Source: an uncultured Verrucomicrobiae bacterium
Lineage (GTDB): Bacteria > Verrucomicrobiota > Verrucomicrobiia > Limisphaerales > Palsa-1400
Assembly: GCA_963702845.1 (NCBI GenBank)
Contig: OY969763.1
Location: 2,304,001-2,368,000 of the forward strand
Length of the DNA: 64,000 nt
Direction: 5' to 3'
A model generated the notes under the pieces. It was not told the DNA's origin and ran no database searches. It saw only the letters and a list, made by a program, of their open reading frames with translations. The position numbers and the translations under genes were made by a program. Below, piece by piece: positions 32,143 through 42,837 of the stretch. Within the stretch, counting starts at the first letter, position 1. Each line of letters begins with the position of its first letter.

Positions 32143-32674
32143 AAAACGTCTCCTTCAACGTCCCCTTCTCCGTCCGAATCAACGTCCCTTCAGCGATCTG
32201 GTGCCGCTTAAACCAACCCTCCTTCATCTCCAACACGTATTGGACGTCCGCAGTTTTTGCGACGATCGCATTCGTATCCTGCGCGTGCATATCGACGATT
32301 TCCAAAATCTTTCCATTCGGATCGATATACGCACCCGCCAGTGGTGACGGACAATTCATCATCCAGAATGACGCGCGAAATGGCCCCGGGAAAACAAACA
32401 ACATGCCGGAATTCTCCTCGATATTAGTGCGAAACATCATCCCAGTCATCTGCTGTTCTTGCGTCAAAGCCAGCTCCGCCGTGATCTCTTCCGGCCCCAT
32501 CCACAACTTAATCGTCTGCAACTTCGGCTGCGCCTGCGTCGGCAACTGCGGTATCTGCGGCGCAGAATTTGTGCTCGTCGTTGCAGACCCCGAATTCTTT
32601 CCACAGCCGACGGCAAGAATCGCCGCCAAGATAAACGCAGACCATTTCATTCGCAGACAAGATGCGGACACCAC
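32132..32674 (-). CDS. DUF192 family lipoprotein
   Basis: Lipobox LAVGC, GMMFR, GMLFVF, FWMMN, YVLEM. Confidence 0.88.
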   Translation of the reverse strand: MVSASCLRMKWSAFILAAILAVGCGKNSGSATTSTNSAPQIPQLPTQAQPKLQTIKLWMGPEEITAELALTQEQQMTGMMFRTNIEENSGMLFVFPGPFRASFWMMNCPSPLAGAYIDPNGKILEIVDMHAQDTNAIVAKTADVQYVLEMKEGWFKRHQIAEGTLIRTEKGTLKETFFGQ

Positions 32675-32722
32675 GTCCCGAATTCAAGCGCCAGCGAACA
32701 GTGCCGAAGTGAAACGGGATTG

Positions 32723-34729
32723 TTACTTGAGCTTATGGGAGACTTGCATGCCGACGAGGCAGACGTCGTCGGCGAATTGGGAACTGCCGGAAAACTTGCG
32801 GATGTCGGCTAAAATTGCGTCAAACAAATCGCCACAGTCCAGGCCGGGATGGGTTTGAACTGCGCTGAAGAGCATTTGTTGGCTGAATTGCTCGCCGTTT
32901 TCGGCTTCGACTTCGTAGAGGCCGTCGGTAAAAAGCATGATCGTGTCGCCGGGATGGATCTCGCGCTGCGTCGTCGGATAGGCGGTGTCCCCGAATAAGC
33001 CGAGCGCGGGCCATGATTTGCCATCGGCCGTTTTCAACACTTCAACGGCTTTGTTCGTATGAATGATGAACGGGCGCGGATGTCCGGCGTTGGCAAAGTG
33101 AAGAGTGCGTTTTTCCAAATCGGCCACGAGATAGAAGGCGGTGGTGAACAGCGGTGTTCCGGTTTGTTGCAAAATGGCGCGGAGGTCGTGATTGATGCGC
33201 GTGAGTAATGCGCCGGGGTCGAGGGCGATGTTGCGCAGTTCTTCGACGAGAGCGCGGACCATCGCGGTGACAAGAGCAGAACGGACGCCGTGACCCATGA
33301 CGTCACAGATGAAGAGGCCGGCTTTATTTTCGGCGAGCGGGACGACGTTGAAGAAGTCGCCGCCGACCTGACCGGTGGGATGGTAGCGGTGACAGAATGT
33401 GAGCAGGCTGTCGTCGCGCGATGCGCCGAGCGGGAAAGTCGGATATTGCTGAGGCAACATGGCCTGCTGAATTTCGCGGGCCATCTTGAGATCGTCTTCC
33501 ATGATCTCGTTTTTCTTGCGCAGCTCGGATTGGCTGCGGGCCAACTCGGCCGTGGCTTGACGCTCGCGTTCTTCGGCTTGTTTGCGAATGGTAATATCGC
33601 GGAAGACGCTGAGGACAAGCGAATGGCCTTCGCGCAAATCGATGGTGGAGTTGGAAAGTTCGACGTCGACAGTTTTGCCGGAACGGAAGGTGACGTGCCG
33701 TTCGAGATTGGTTTCGATGCCACGTTCAGCCACACGTTGCTGATATTTTTGCATCATGTCAGGAAGATCTTCTTCTTCGGAGTAGCTGACGGTGAACGGG
33801 CGGCCGAGCAGGTCTTCGGATTTCATGCCGACGATTTGGCAGAAGGACGGGTTGACGGCAAGAATTGTCCCCTTCTCGTCGGTCAAACGCATGCCATCGG
33901 TGGATTTCTCCCAGACAGAGCGGAAACGGGCTTCGGAAAATTTGACGCGTTCTTCGGCGACTTTGCGGGCGGTGATGTCTTCGACCATGCCCTCGAAGTA
34001 GAGGATTTTGCCGTCGCGATCGCGAACGGCACGGGCATTTTCGGAGATCCAGATTATGGAGCCGTCCTTGCGATAGACCTGTGATTCGAAATCCTGGACG
34101 ACGCCGCGTTCGTTCATCAGGTAGACAAACTCGTTGCGGCGATCTGTCTCGACATAGAGCTTGCGGCCAATGTCGGTCATGCCGGAAATAAGGTCGTCGG
34201 TCGAACCGTAACCATAAATGCGGGTCAGAGCTGGGTTGACGCTGAGGTAACGGCCTTCCGGAGTCGTTTGGAAAATGCCGGAAACGGAGTTTTCGAAGAT
34301 GCTACGGAATTTTTCTTCGGCGCGCAGGATCGCTTTGCGCGCTTCGGTGCGTTCGATGGCGTAGATGATCGCGCGCGTGATCAGCTGGCTATCAACGCGG
34401 CCTTTGACGAGATAATCCTCCGCGCCGGCATGAACGGCGTTGACGGCAATGGTTTCATCGTCGAGGCCGCTCAAGACGATGATGGGAATTTCGCGAGCCT
34501 GAGCTTTAACGGCCTTGAAGGTGTCAAGGCCCATACTGTCGGGAAGGGTCAGGTCGAGCAAGACGACGTCGCAAGCGCCCTGCTTGAGGCGGTCGATGCC
34601 GGAGGCGAGATCTTCAACAGGCTCGATATCGAAGCTGGTGCCATCGGCCTTGTGCAAGACCATTCGGAGAAAGAACACATCGTCCGGATTGTCCTCGATC
34701 AACAGAATTTTGATGTTCTTTTGGTCCAT
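32723..34729 (-). CDS. REC-PAS-PAS-SpoIIE (PP2C-type) phosphatase
   Basis: Receiver domain, two PAS, VGGDFF, CDVMGHG, NAGHP, FTDGL, DDVC. Confidence 0.93.
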   Translation of the reverse strand: MDQKNIKILLIEDNPDDVFFLRMVLHKADGTSFDIEPVEDLASGIDRLKQGACDVVLLDLTLPDSMGLDTFKAVKAQAREIPIIVLSGLDDETIAVNAVHAGAEDYLVKGRVDSQLITRAIIYAIERTEARKAILRAEEKFRSIFENSVSGIFQTTPEGRYLSVNPALTRIYGYGSTDDLISGMTDIGRKLYVETDRRNEFVYLMNERGVVQDFESQVYRKDGSIIWISENARAVRDRDGKILYFEGMVEDITARKVAEERVKFSEARFRSVWEKSTDGMRLTDEKGTILAVNPSFCQIVGMKSEDLLGRPFTVSYSEEEDLPDMMQKYQQRVAERGIETNLERHVTFRSGKTVDVELSNSTIDLREGHSLVLSVFRDITIRKQAEERERQATAELARSQSELRKKNEIMEDDLKMAREIQQAMLPQQYPTFPLGASRDDSLLTFCHRYHPTGQVGGDFFNVVPLAENKAGLFICDVMGHGVRSALVTAMVRALVEELRNIALDPGALLTRINHDLRAILQQTGTPLFTTAFYLVADLEKRTLHFANAGHPRPFIIHTNKAVEVLKTADGKSWPALGLFGDTAYPTTQREIHPGDTIMLFTDGLYEVEAENGEQFSQQMLFSAVQTHPGLDCGDLFDAILADIRKFSGSSQFADDVCLVGMQVSHKLK

Positions 34730-34902
34730 TTAGCCAGCAACTAACCTCTACCACCGGTTGTGTGCGGTGAAAAGAACAAGTTGTTGAGCGACAATGTGCC
34801 AAAAATGGCACTTGCCGTATTGCGATGCGACTTACCCCGCATTCGCGCCAAACCCGCCTGCGAATTTAGAAACCTGCGATAAGATGAACGCTTGCGATAC
34901 GT

Positions 34903-36195
34903 TTACTTGCCGCCAGCTTGGATTTGTTTGATGCGATCCTGAATAGCAGTGCGGATGTTCGGATCGGTGGTGACGCCCAACAACTGATTCATTGCAGTCA
35001 CGCTTTTGTCGGCCTGGAAAGTCGGATTCCGGCATTTGGAAAAGTTTTGGTTGTTCCACTCGATATGGAAAAATTGGCAATCGTTGGAACCTGGGTTTGC
35101 CGCGTTGGCTTTGGCGGCATCGCCAAACAAGTATTGATCGCCGCTGACCAATGAGATGACTTGTTGCCAGACTGCCGGAGTCAGGCGGTTGTTGCGTGCG
35201 AGGTCAAGTAGTTCATCCAAAGCTTTCTGGCTGGTGGGAGCGAGTTGGCCAAGCATTTCAGGAACGGTGCTGGGTGCGTTGGGATCCTTGGCCATGTTGA
35301 CGAGGGTGTCGACACCAGCGCCATCGGGCAGGTTGGCCAGTGCAATGACCGGATAATATTTGTAAGCGGAAGCGGCTTTCTGCAAATCAGTGGTGACACT
35401 CGGATCTCCCCACTTTTCCAAAATAGAAAAGAGCGGAGCGGCATCTTCTTTACCCAATCCGCCGCCGGTGGCGAGGTCGAGGGTCTGGCGAGCGGCATTA
35501 AGAATATCGGTGCGATATTGGCCCGGGGCACTTTGGTCGAGCGCTTTGGAAATCTGCTCCAACTCGGATGGCAAAGCGGTTGTTTGTAGGGTGCTAAGCA
35601 GGGCGGACACGGATTCTGGGCCGCCGATTTGCTGAAGCGCATCAATCATGCTGGAACGAATTGACGAATAGCCAAGCGATTCGCCGCCTGCATTAGCGTA
35701 GGAAAGTTCGACGTTGCGCTCGAGGAATTCGCGAATCGCGGGAACGGCGGTGGCTCCTTGCGCGATCAATGATTTCAAATCCTGTTTCCATTTCTCGGCC
35801 TGTTCTTTGGTGATGGGACCTTTTTTGGGATCCAATGCAGCCAGACTCGTTACGATATCTTTGGCGGGTCCGGTGACAACCGGTTTGGCGGTGGCAGCAG
35901 CGGTTGCCGGCGCAGAAGAAGTCGGGGACGACGGAGCAGGCGCCGCGATCGATGTCGTCGGATCTTTCGGTTCAACGACTTTCGATTTTGTGGATTGAGC
36001 AGGATCGGTTTGCGCAGCAGATGCGTTGACCGTGTCTGGCTGCGGCGCATCTTTGTGCATCGATTTGTAAGCAACGGCACCAACGACAATGACGCCGACA
36101 ATGATGGCGATCAGTGTTATCGGACTATTGCCGCCTGGTTCAGGACGATTATTTCCCTGTTTGGTCGAACCGGGTGAAGTCGAATTTTGAGTCAT
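34903..36195 (-). CDS. Membrane-anchored helical-repeat hypothetical protein
   Basis: TM helix, Pro/Ala/Thr linker, HEAT-like helices (AVPAIREFL, ALQQIGGPES). Confidence 0.75.
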   Translation of the reverse strand: MTQNSTSPGSTKQGNNRPEPGGNSPITLIAIIVGVIVVGAVAYKSMHKDAPQPDTVNASAAQTDPAQSTKSKVVEPKDPTTSIAAPAPSSPTSSAPATAAATAKPVVTGPAKDIVTSLAALDPKKGPITKEQAEKWKQDLKSLIAQGATAVPAIREFLERNVELSYANAGGESLGYSSIRSSMIDALQQIGGPESVSALLSTLQTTALPSELEQISKALDQSAPGQYRTDILNAARQTLDLATGGGLGKEDAAPLFSILEKWGDPSVTTDLQKAASAYKYYPVIALANLPDGAGVDTLVNMAKDPNAPSTVPEMLGQLAPTSQKALDELLDLARNNRLTPAVWQQVISLVSGDQYLFGDAAKANAANPGSNDCQFFHIEWNNQNFSKCRNPTFQADKSVTAMNQLLGVTTDPNIRTAIQDRIKQIQAGGK

Positions 36196-36316
36196 ATCCG
36201 GGGGACAAAGTAGTTACAAAGCCCACGATGGGCAAGAATTGTCAGTCTCACCGCAATTGAACACCACAGATCAACTGAAGTTCCTTGTAAACTCTTATCG
36301 CCCCACGGATGGCGAC

Positions 36317-36772
36317 TCAAGCGTGGGCCAATTCTTCAGCGGCAAAGCGGCCCATCGTATGCGCTTCGTCGAGAACGTGGCCCTGCATCGCTGAATCGAG
36401 TTCGTTGCGTTTGGCGCCGCGAGCCAGAGATAACACAGAGTCGAGCGCATACAATTTGAAGAAGTAACGGTGTTCGCCGGAAGGCGGCTTTGGTCCACCG
36501 TAACCTACGTCGCCGTAGTCGTTGCGGCCCTGAGTCGCCATCACCGGCGGCGCGTCTTCATGAATTTCTTTCGTGCGAGGCGAAATGTTGAACAGAATCC
36601 AGTGCGTGAAGGTTCCGCTCGAAGCATCAGGATCGTCCATGATTAAGACGAGGCTCTTGGCTTGTTCGGGCACGTCTTCGATCTGCAGCGGTGGGCTTTT
36701 GTCGAGACCTTGTCGGGCGAATTGGGTTGGAATGCTACCGCCTTCTTCGAATGCTGGGCTGGAAATATTCAT
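36317..36772 (-). CDS. YbhB/YbcL PEBP family protein
   Basis: MNISSPAF, MDDPDA, FTHW, YGGPKPPSGEHRYFFKLYALD. True start 36772. Confidence 0.92.
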   Translation of the reverse strand: MNISSPAFEEGGSIPTQFARQGLDKSPPLQIEDVPEQAKSLVLIMDDPDASSGTFTHWILFNISPRTKEIHEDAPPVMATQGRNDYGDVGYGGPKPPSGEHRYFFKLYALDSVLSLARGAKRNELDSAMQGHVLDEAHTMGRFAAEELAHA

Positions 36773-36867
36773 ATTTGTCTCCTTATTGTTAAACGACAAC
36801 TTTCCTGTGGCTTCTAATGATACAAGACCCGCAAACAGAGTACTCTCAGGTGAGAATTGACCTGACG

Positions 36868-39675
36868 TCATTGCTGCATGTGCAAACGATAAAAGGCGGA
36901 TTGAGCGGACAAGGGCAGGAAGATGTAAGCGGTGCCTCCGCTGTTGAGGACGCCGCCGACGGGCTGCCAGTTTGCGTCGACAGCAGATGTCGATTCGAGG
37001 TTGAAGGGCCCAATGTTTATGGGCCATTCCATGAGAAGATTGGTGCTGCTGGTGTCGGCGTATATCTCCGACCAAAGCGTCGGCGACTGGATCGGAACGG
37101 GAGCTGCGGGCGGTGTGACCGATGCCCAGGTTCGACCAAAGCGCAGTTCGTCCCATTGCATGTTGACGGGGACTGAGCTTGCGGTGTTTTGACGCATGTT
37201 GAAACGGTCGATTGCCTGCACTGTGTCTGACCCGCCGGTATTGACACTGTTTGACGGAGGTTCAATGTCGCGGCCGAAATACCATGGGTTGGGATTGATC
37301 CAGAGGGTGACTTGATTCGGTTTAATCGTGAAATCGTATTTACCGACGAGGAAGAGGGTTTGGCCCTCATAGGCGTAACCAGCGTACGTTATATACGAGC
37401 CGGTGCCGCCCTTTTGGAAATCGATTTCATAGCTGCCGTCGGGTGCCCACGCATAGGCAAGAATCTGTAGCCGGAACGAGACGTTATCGGGCCCGGTCAA
37501 TGCACCGACTTGACTGTCATTTCCGTTCCAAATGCCGTAGCCAACTTTATTAATCCGAAACAGCGCCGAAAAATAGAGCAGACCGTTGGTTACAGTGGTG
37601 CCCAATAATCGGCGGACGCCGAGGCCAGAGCCGCCGTTGGTGACACTGTTACCGATGGGATCGGCCAGCCCCGGATAGGAGAGGCTGCCGGATGTTACGT
37701 TGAGATCGTTCGCACCCGAACCGTTGACCGTCCAATTGGCGGGCGTGTTGCTGCTTACGGACTGCCCGATGTTGCTGTAAGAAAACGGCTCATAGAGAAT
37801 CAAATTATTACTGTAAGTCAGGAGGGTTAAGGTCGCCGGGGAACTGGTAACCGTACTAACGCCGCTGATAACCACGTCGTAAGTGCCAACATCATTGGTC
37901 GACGTATTTGCAACAAAGAGCGTGCCCGTGCCCGTGCCAGAGACGTTGTTCGTATCGGTCAGGATCACGCCGTTCTTGCGCCACTGATAAGAAAACGGCG
38001 GCGTGCCTGAGACACTGACGCTGAATCCCGCCGTGGTGCCTGCAAGGTTGGTTTGACTGTGCGGCTGCGATGTGATCGTGGGAGGTAGATTCGTTACAAC
38101 CTGCAAGAATGCCGGCGGTGAACTGGTAATGCTGCCCCCTGCGCTCGTGGCTATGATATCGTAACTACCAATGTCAGAACCGGTCAGATTCGATACGGTC
38201 AGTTTCGGAGTGAGCGCGCCGGATATATTTCCGCCATCGACGAGATTCGTACCATTCTTGCGCCACTGCCACGAGATCGGATCGGGCGCAATTGCACCGG
38301 TAACGAACGTCGCGGTTGTGGTCGGCAGGTTGGTAACACTTGCAGGCAAATACGTAAACGACGGAGACCCGCCGGGATAATCAAACCTATATATATGGAC
38401 GTCCCATTGCGCGAAGGAATCGCTCAGCGCATTGTTCGAAGTTGTGATCGTGCGGTTTTCGAAAAGGACAGTGGCGTTGGTCGCCCAGTCGGGCAACCCG
38501 TTGAACATTGCATTGACTGTTGCGCCTTCGCGTTTCGTCGCAAGCAAATAGAGATTCGTGCCCGATTCACGCACGAGGAATTCGACGTCGGGATAGGTCG
38601 CGCCACTCAGGACCAAGGGCAGCAGCGAATCGTGGCCGACGACTGCATCGAACGCCGGGCTTCCTGGTGAAAGTTGCAACGTGAGCGGTTTCAGAACATT
38701 GGTCCAGAAAGTCCAATTCCATCCGAGAGCAAAGTCGTTGGTGTCGGTGAGGGTTGCGGCGACGTTGCCGCCAAAGAACATCAGTCCACGAGCGCCATTG
38801 ACGATTGCTTGAAAGGCCATGTAGCGCTCCTGTTGAAACGTCGGGAAAATGAGTCCGTGACTTGGCGGTGTCGTGCCGCTGAACGCGATTTGTTCAACCA
38901 TCCAAAAAGTGCGCTGGCGATTCGCGACCTGCGATAGCTCGTGTGCCCAATCACCGAACTGGCTCACGTTGGTGTTCGTAATCGGTGGGTTATTCGCGAC
39001 CGTGCCGTTTGTCACGACGGGATAATCGTCCACCATCAAAATGTCTGCGGCGGAATTGTAGGGTTGGAGATCGGTAACAGTTCCGCGAGGCGCGTGCGTT
39101 TGCTCGACCGGATGCAACGGGTCAAGCTGGTGGATCAAATTGTATCCACGCGTCATGTTGGCGACTGTCCCCTGCCCGCCGCTCTGCGTTCCCCACCACG
39201 CTTCATCGAGATTTTTATACATACCCATGCCGGGATGAGCGCTGAACAAGCCCAGCAAATTTGTGAGCAACGTTGGGGTGTTCGTGTCGCTCGCGGAGAA
39301 ATAGGAAAGATCGTTGAGATTGAATAGCATCAACATTCCATGTTGAGCGCACCAATCCAACGCCGCCTGATTGGTGGCAACAGTTGTCAGGTTGAGCGCG
39401 TTTGAACTTTTCCATGTCGGCACCACGGGCATGCGATAGAATTGGATTCCGCCACTGCGCAATTCGTCGAGCGCATCACTACCGTTGTAAGCCAACGCGC
39501 CGACCGCCGGCCCCGGGGATACGGCCATTCCAAAATAATTCGTTCCATTGATCGTAAGCGCGAGGTCTGAGTTCGTGCCGACGATGTTGACTTGTGCAAT
39601 TGCGATTCCGGTAAGCGCAAAACCCAAGAGAGAAATAATTAAGCACGCGTATTGGCGCGAACGAACCTTGCACAT
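36868..39675 (-). CDS. Secreted multidomain protein: glycoside-hydrolase-like N-terminus, two Ig domains, beta-sandwich and C-terminal FYRL domain
   Basis: Signal peptide; NLDEAWW, DILMVDDYP, WMVEQ, GARGLMFF; two (W/Y)QWRKNG Ig repeats; ends SAFYRLHMQQ. Confidence 0.78.
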   Translation of the reverse strand: MCKVRSRQYACLIISLLGFALTGIAIAQVNIVGTNSDLALTINGTNYFGMAVSPGPAVGALAYNGSDALDELRSGGIQFYRMPVVPTWKSSNALNLTTVATNQAALDWCAQHGMLMLFNLNDLSYFSASDTNTPTLLTNLLGLFSAHPGMGMYKNLDEAWWGTQSGGQGTVANMTRGYNLIHQLDPLHPVEQTHAPRGTVTDLQPYNSAADILMVDDYPVVTNGTVANNPPITNTNVSQFGDWAHELSQVANRQRTFWMVEQIAFSGTTPPSHGLIFPTFQQERYMAFQAIVNGARGLMFFGGNVAATLTDTNDFALGWNWTFWTNVLKPLTLQLSPGSPAFDAVVGHDSLLPLVLSGATYPDVEFLVRESGTNLYLLATKREGATVNAMFNGLPDWATNATVLFENRTITTSNNALSDSFAQWDVHIYRFDYPGGSPSFTYLPASVTNLPTTTATFVTGAIAPDPISWQWRKNGTNLVDGGNISGALTPKLTVSNLTGSDIGSYDIIATSAGGSITSSPPAFLQVVTNLPPTITSQPHSQTNLAGTTAGFSVSVSGTPPFSYQWRKNGVILTDTNNVSGTGTGTLFVANTSTNDVGTYDVVISGVSTVTSSPATLTLLTYSNNLILYEPFSYSNIGQSVSSNTPANWTVNGSGANDLNVTSGSLSYPGLADPIGNSVTNGGSGLGVRRLLGTTVTNGLLYFSALFRINKVGYGIWNGNDSQVGALTGPDNVSFRLQILAYAWAPDGSYEIDFQKGGTGSYITYAGYAYEGQTLFLVGKYDFTIKPNQVTLWINPNPWYFGRDIEPPSNSVNTGGSDTVQAIDRFNMRQNTASSVPVNMQWDELRFGRTWASVTPPAAPVPIQSPTLWSEIYADTSSTNLLMEWPINIGPFNLESTSAVDANWQPVGGVLNSGGTAYIFLPLSAQSAFYRLHMQQ

Positions 39676-39932
39676 ATTCTTCGAACTCTCTGGGCGATTG
39701 GAGACGTTGGATTGCTACGACGTCTACTTTGCTACCACGTCTCGGAACGCACAGCAAGAGCCGTCGGAACGCGGCGATGCTTTTTAATTGGATTTGATTT
39801 AGTCGCCGCGAACAATTCCACGTGCATAAAAAGTAATTCTCTATCGCTTTCCCTGAAGACGATTGCAAGGAAATGGAGCGGTTGCTGAGTTCGCACCGCG
39901 GCATTTAATGTGACCGCGGGATTTACAACAAC

Positions 39933-42104
39933 ATGTCGCAATCGGGAATCACTCGCTCCAAATCTGTTAACCTCAGCAGCGTGCTTTCGCGCACGCAGGG
40001 AATCCTGCGACGTCATGTGTGGCTATGGCCGTTGATGGCGGCGTTGATTCTGATGTTTGTCGGCATATGGGTGCGCGGGCGAATGGAGGGGGCGATGAAA
40101 GCGCAGCTCGCCGGGACGCTCCAGACGATCCTGGCGGCCAATGCGGAGGCGTTGCGTTCGTGGCAAGAGACGGTGAAGTCGCAGACGGAAATAGCGGCGG
40201 AAGATGAACATCTGCACGAACTGGTCGGCCATCTGATGCAGCGCGCGGCGAAGGAAGGCGCGACGCCTGCGGTGTTGTTGGGTGCGCCGGAGTTGGCGGC
40301 GATTCGGACGCATCTGAAGCCGACGATGGAGCGCTACGGGTTCTCGGCTTTTGTCGTGCTCGACACCAACGTCACTATCCTCGCCGCGGTGCGCGATCAA
40401 TTGGTGGGCCTGCATTCACCGCCAGGATATGCGGAGAATTTTCGTACCAGTCTTGAGGGAGCCGCCGCGGTCACTCACCCGTTTCCCAGCGTCGCTATCC
40501 TGACGAATGACCTCGGCCAGTTGAAGTCGGGCGTGCCGACGATGTTCGCCGCGGCACCCATTCGCGCGCCGGACGGAAAAGTGTTGGCCGTGCTCGGTTT
40601 CCGGATGGAGCCGCGCGAGAACTTCACGCGCATCCTGGCTACGGCGCGGATCGGTAACACCGGCGAGACCTACGCTTTTGATCGCAAGGGGCTCGTGCTG
40701 TCCGACAGCCGGTTTGATGAGCAGTTGAAACATCTCTCGCTCATACCCGACTCGCCCGATGCGCAATCTATCCTGACACTGGACTTGCGCGATCCGCTGG
40801 TCGATTTGAGCAAGGGCAAAGCATCTCCCAAGCGCCGCACTGAATTGCCTTTGACGCGTGCGGCCGCCGAGGCCACTGCCGGGCGGGACGGTGTGGATGT
40901 GCATGGCTACCGCGATTACCGCGGTGTGCCGGTCGTTGGTGCGTGGACGTGGCTGCCGAAAAGCGACATTGGCTTGATCACGGAAGTGGACGTGGCGGAG
41001 GCCTTCGGTCCGCTGCACGCTTTGCGGCTGGGTTTCCTCTTCATTTTCGGGCTGCTCGTGTTGGGTGCCGGTGCGATCTTCGTGCTGATGCGCATGGCCA
41101 ATCGTTTCCAGAAATCGGCGCAAAAGGCGGCGATGCAGGCGAAGCAACTCGGCCAATACGCGCTCGATGACAAAATCGGCGCGGGCGCATTCGGGACCGT
41201 CTATCGCGGGCACCACGCGTTGATGCGTCGGCCGGTTGCGGTGAAATTGCTCGATCCGGCGCTGGCGAACGAAAGCATCATCGCCCGGTTCGAGCGCGAG
41301 GTGCAGGCGACCTGCCAACTCACGCATCCGAACACGATCGCCCTCTACGACTACGGCCGCACGCCGGAAGGCTTGTTCTACTACGCGATGGAATATCTCG
41401 ACGGCCTGAGCCTCGATCAATTGGTCAAGCGCCATGGCCGGCTGCCCGAGGAAAGAGTCATTCACCTGCTCCTGCAAATCTCCGCGTCGCTGGCCGAGGC
41501 GCATGGGCAAGGGCTCATTCACCGCGACATCAAGCCGCACAACATCTTCGTCACACGCCGTGGCGACATCGCCGATTTCGTCAAAGTCCTCGACTTCGGT
41601 TTGGTCAAAGCGACCAGTCAGGAAGGCCAGGCCGAGCTGACCACCGACCATGCCATCTTGGGCACGCCGCTCTACATGTCGCCCGAAACCATCGAACGCC
41701 CGCACAGCGTCGATGCCCGCAGCGACCTCTATTCGCTGGGGGCGGTGGGCTATTACCTGTTGACGGCCCAGCCCCTCTTTACCGGCTTATCCATTGGGGA
41801 AATCATGACCCAACAGCTCAAAACCGAACCGCCGAAACCATCGACCTGCCTGCCCAAGCCGTTGACGCCCGATTTCGAGGCGCTGTTGTTGCGCTGCCTG
41901 GCCAAGAACCCGGCCGAACGCCCGCAAAGCGCGCGCGCGTTGGAGTTGGCGCTGAGACGCTGCGCTGCCGCCAACCAGTGGGGCTCCGAGCAGGCCGAAG
42001 AATGGTGGGGCAAACTCGCCGCGATGGAGGTGATGAAGACGGTGGTGGTGCCGAAACCCGCATCCACCGAGAACGCCTTCGTTGCCGCCGCAGTCCCCGC
42101 GTGA
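39933..42104 (+). CDS. Membrane Ser/Thr protein kinase with extracellular Cache-like domain
   Basis: TM-sensor-TM (YRDYRGVPVVGAW), GAGAFGTVY, VAVK, HRDIKPHN, DFGL, GTPLYMSPE. Confidence 0.93.
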   Translation: MSQSGITRSKSVNLSSVLSRTQGILRRHVWLWPLMAALILMFVGIWVRGRMEGAMKAQLAGTLQTILAANAEALRSWQETVKSQTEIAAEDEHLHELVGHLMQRAAKEGATPAVLLGAPELAAIRTHLKPTMERYGFSAFVVLDTNVTILAAVRDQLVGLHSPPGYAENFRTSLEGAAAVTHPFPSVAILTNDLGQLKSGVPTMFAAAPIRAPDGKVLAVLGFRMEPRENFTRILATARIGNTGETYAFDRKGLVLSDSRFDEQLKHLSLIPDSPDAQSILTLDLRDPLVDLSKGKASPKRRTELPLTRAAAEATAGRDGVDVHGYRDYRGVPVVGAWTWLPKSDIGLITEVDVAEAFGPLHALRLGFLFIFGLLVLGAGAIFVLMRMANRFQKSAQKAAMQAKQLGQYALDDKIGAGAFGTVYRGHHALMRRPVAVKLLDPALANESIIARFEREVQATCQLTHPNTIALYDYGRTPEGLFYYAMEYLDGLSLDQLVKRHGRLPEERVIHLLLQISASLAEAHGQGLIHRDIKPHNIFVTRRGDIADFVKVLDFGLVKATSQEGQAELTTDHAILGTPLYMSPETIERPHSVDARSDLYSLGAVGYYLLTAQPLFTGLSIGEIMTQQLKTEPPKPSTCLPKPLTPDFEALLLRCLAKNPAERPQSARALELALRRCAAANQWGSEQAEEWWGKLAAMEVMKTVVVPKPASTENAFVAAAVPA

Positions 42105-42125
42105 CTCCGGCATATGCTTACGACC

Positions 42126-42440
42126 TTAACATCGGAACAAAATCACCAGATTGGCCAGTGCGCACAAAATTAAAATGATAAGCTCCACTCTGCTCGCTCT
42201 CGAAAAGCCATTACCAACGGTCTTCCTCTGCCTGCCAGCGAACCACAGCCCGACAGAGCCGACTAACGCTGGTGGAGCAAAGAATATCGCTCCGCCCTGC
42301 AACGCCCAAACTTGAGCCGTCCCGCAAAACCGGGCGCTCGGCCCATAAATCTCGTAGTACACCGAGCCAAGAAAATAAGCGTAACACGCTGCGAATACAC
42401 CAAAGAGGCCGACAAATGTTTTGAGTGCTATCGCCTTCAT
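42126..42440 (-). CDS. Small membrane protein (cassette-like)
   Basis: About 104 aa with 3 hydrophobic segments; the ATG directly follows the attI-like leader. Confidence 0.6.
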   Translation of the reverse strand: MKAIALKTFVGLFGVFAACYAYFLGSVYYEIYGPSARFCGTAQVWALQGGAIFFAPPALVGSVGLWFAGRQRKTVGNGFSRASRVELIILILCALANLVILFRC

Positions 42441-42442
42441 GA

Positions 42443-42505
42443 TGGTAACAATTAAATCTGCGCCAACTGTTCGCATAGTTTTAATCCGCGAACAAGGGTT
42501 TTAAA
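42443..42505 (-). repeat. attI-like leader, copy 1
   Basis: Minus strand TAAAACCCTTGTTCGCGGATTAAAACTATGCGAACAGTTGGCGCAGATTTAATTGTT closely matches 57542-57594 on the plus strand. Confidence 0.7.
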
Positions 42506-42774
42506 GGTGGCGCGCAGGTTTGGCGCTGCTTGTAAACTAAATGGCGCTTGACCTCGCCTTGGGCCTTTGGCACAAACGCGGCGTTCCCATGACGCTGTTT
42601 GAGTCCCAGTGTTATCATGGGCCGGGAATCGGTATCCATGGCCTGGTTTTTGGCAAGGCGATCGCGCCGGTCGGGTTTTGCGCGCGTGTCGTTCCTTCCA
42701 CTGCTTTCTCCGTTGACGTCAGTCCGACAACTGCACATCAACGGAGAAACCGCGCGAGTGCGCGGAAATCCCAT

Positions 42775-42806
42775 GTTGGCGCCAACGGGTGCCCGTTGGC
42801 GCCAAC
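42775..42806. repeat. Nested palindrome
   Basis: GTTGGCGCCAACGGG-TG-CCCGTTGGCGCCAAC; each arm contains the self-palindrome GTTGGCGCCAAC. Confidence 0.85.
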
Positions 42807-42837
42807 TAAACTTTTCCCTCGCCACACCTCTTCAAAA

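Noticed and set aside
36773..37156. N-terminal extension of the YbhB protein
   Set aside because: Overlaps the Ig-protein 3' end in another frame; an RBS (AAGGAG) precedes ATG 36772.
40416..41705. 429-aa minus-strand ORF
   Set aside because: Antisense shadow of the GC-rich kinase gene.
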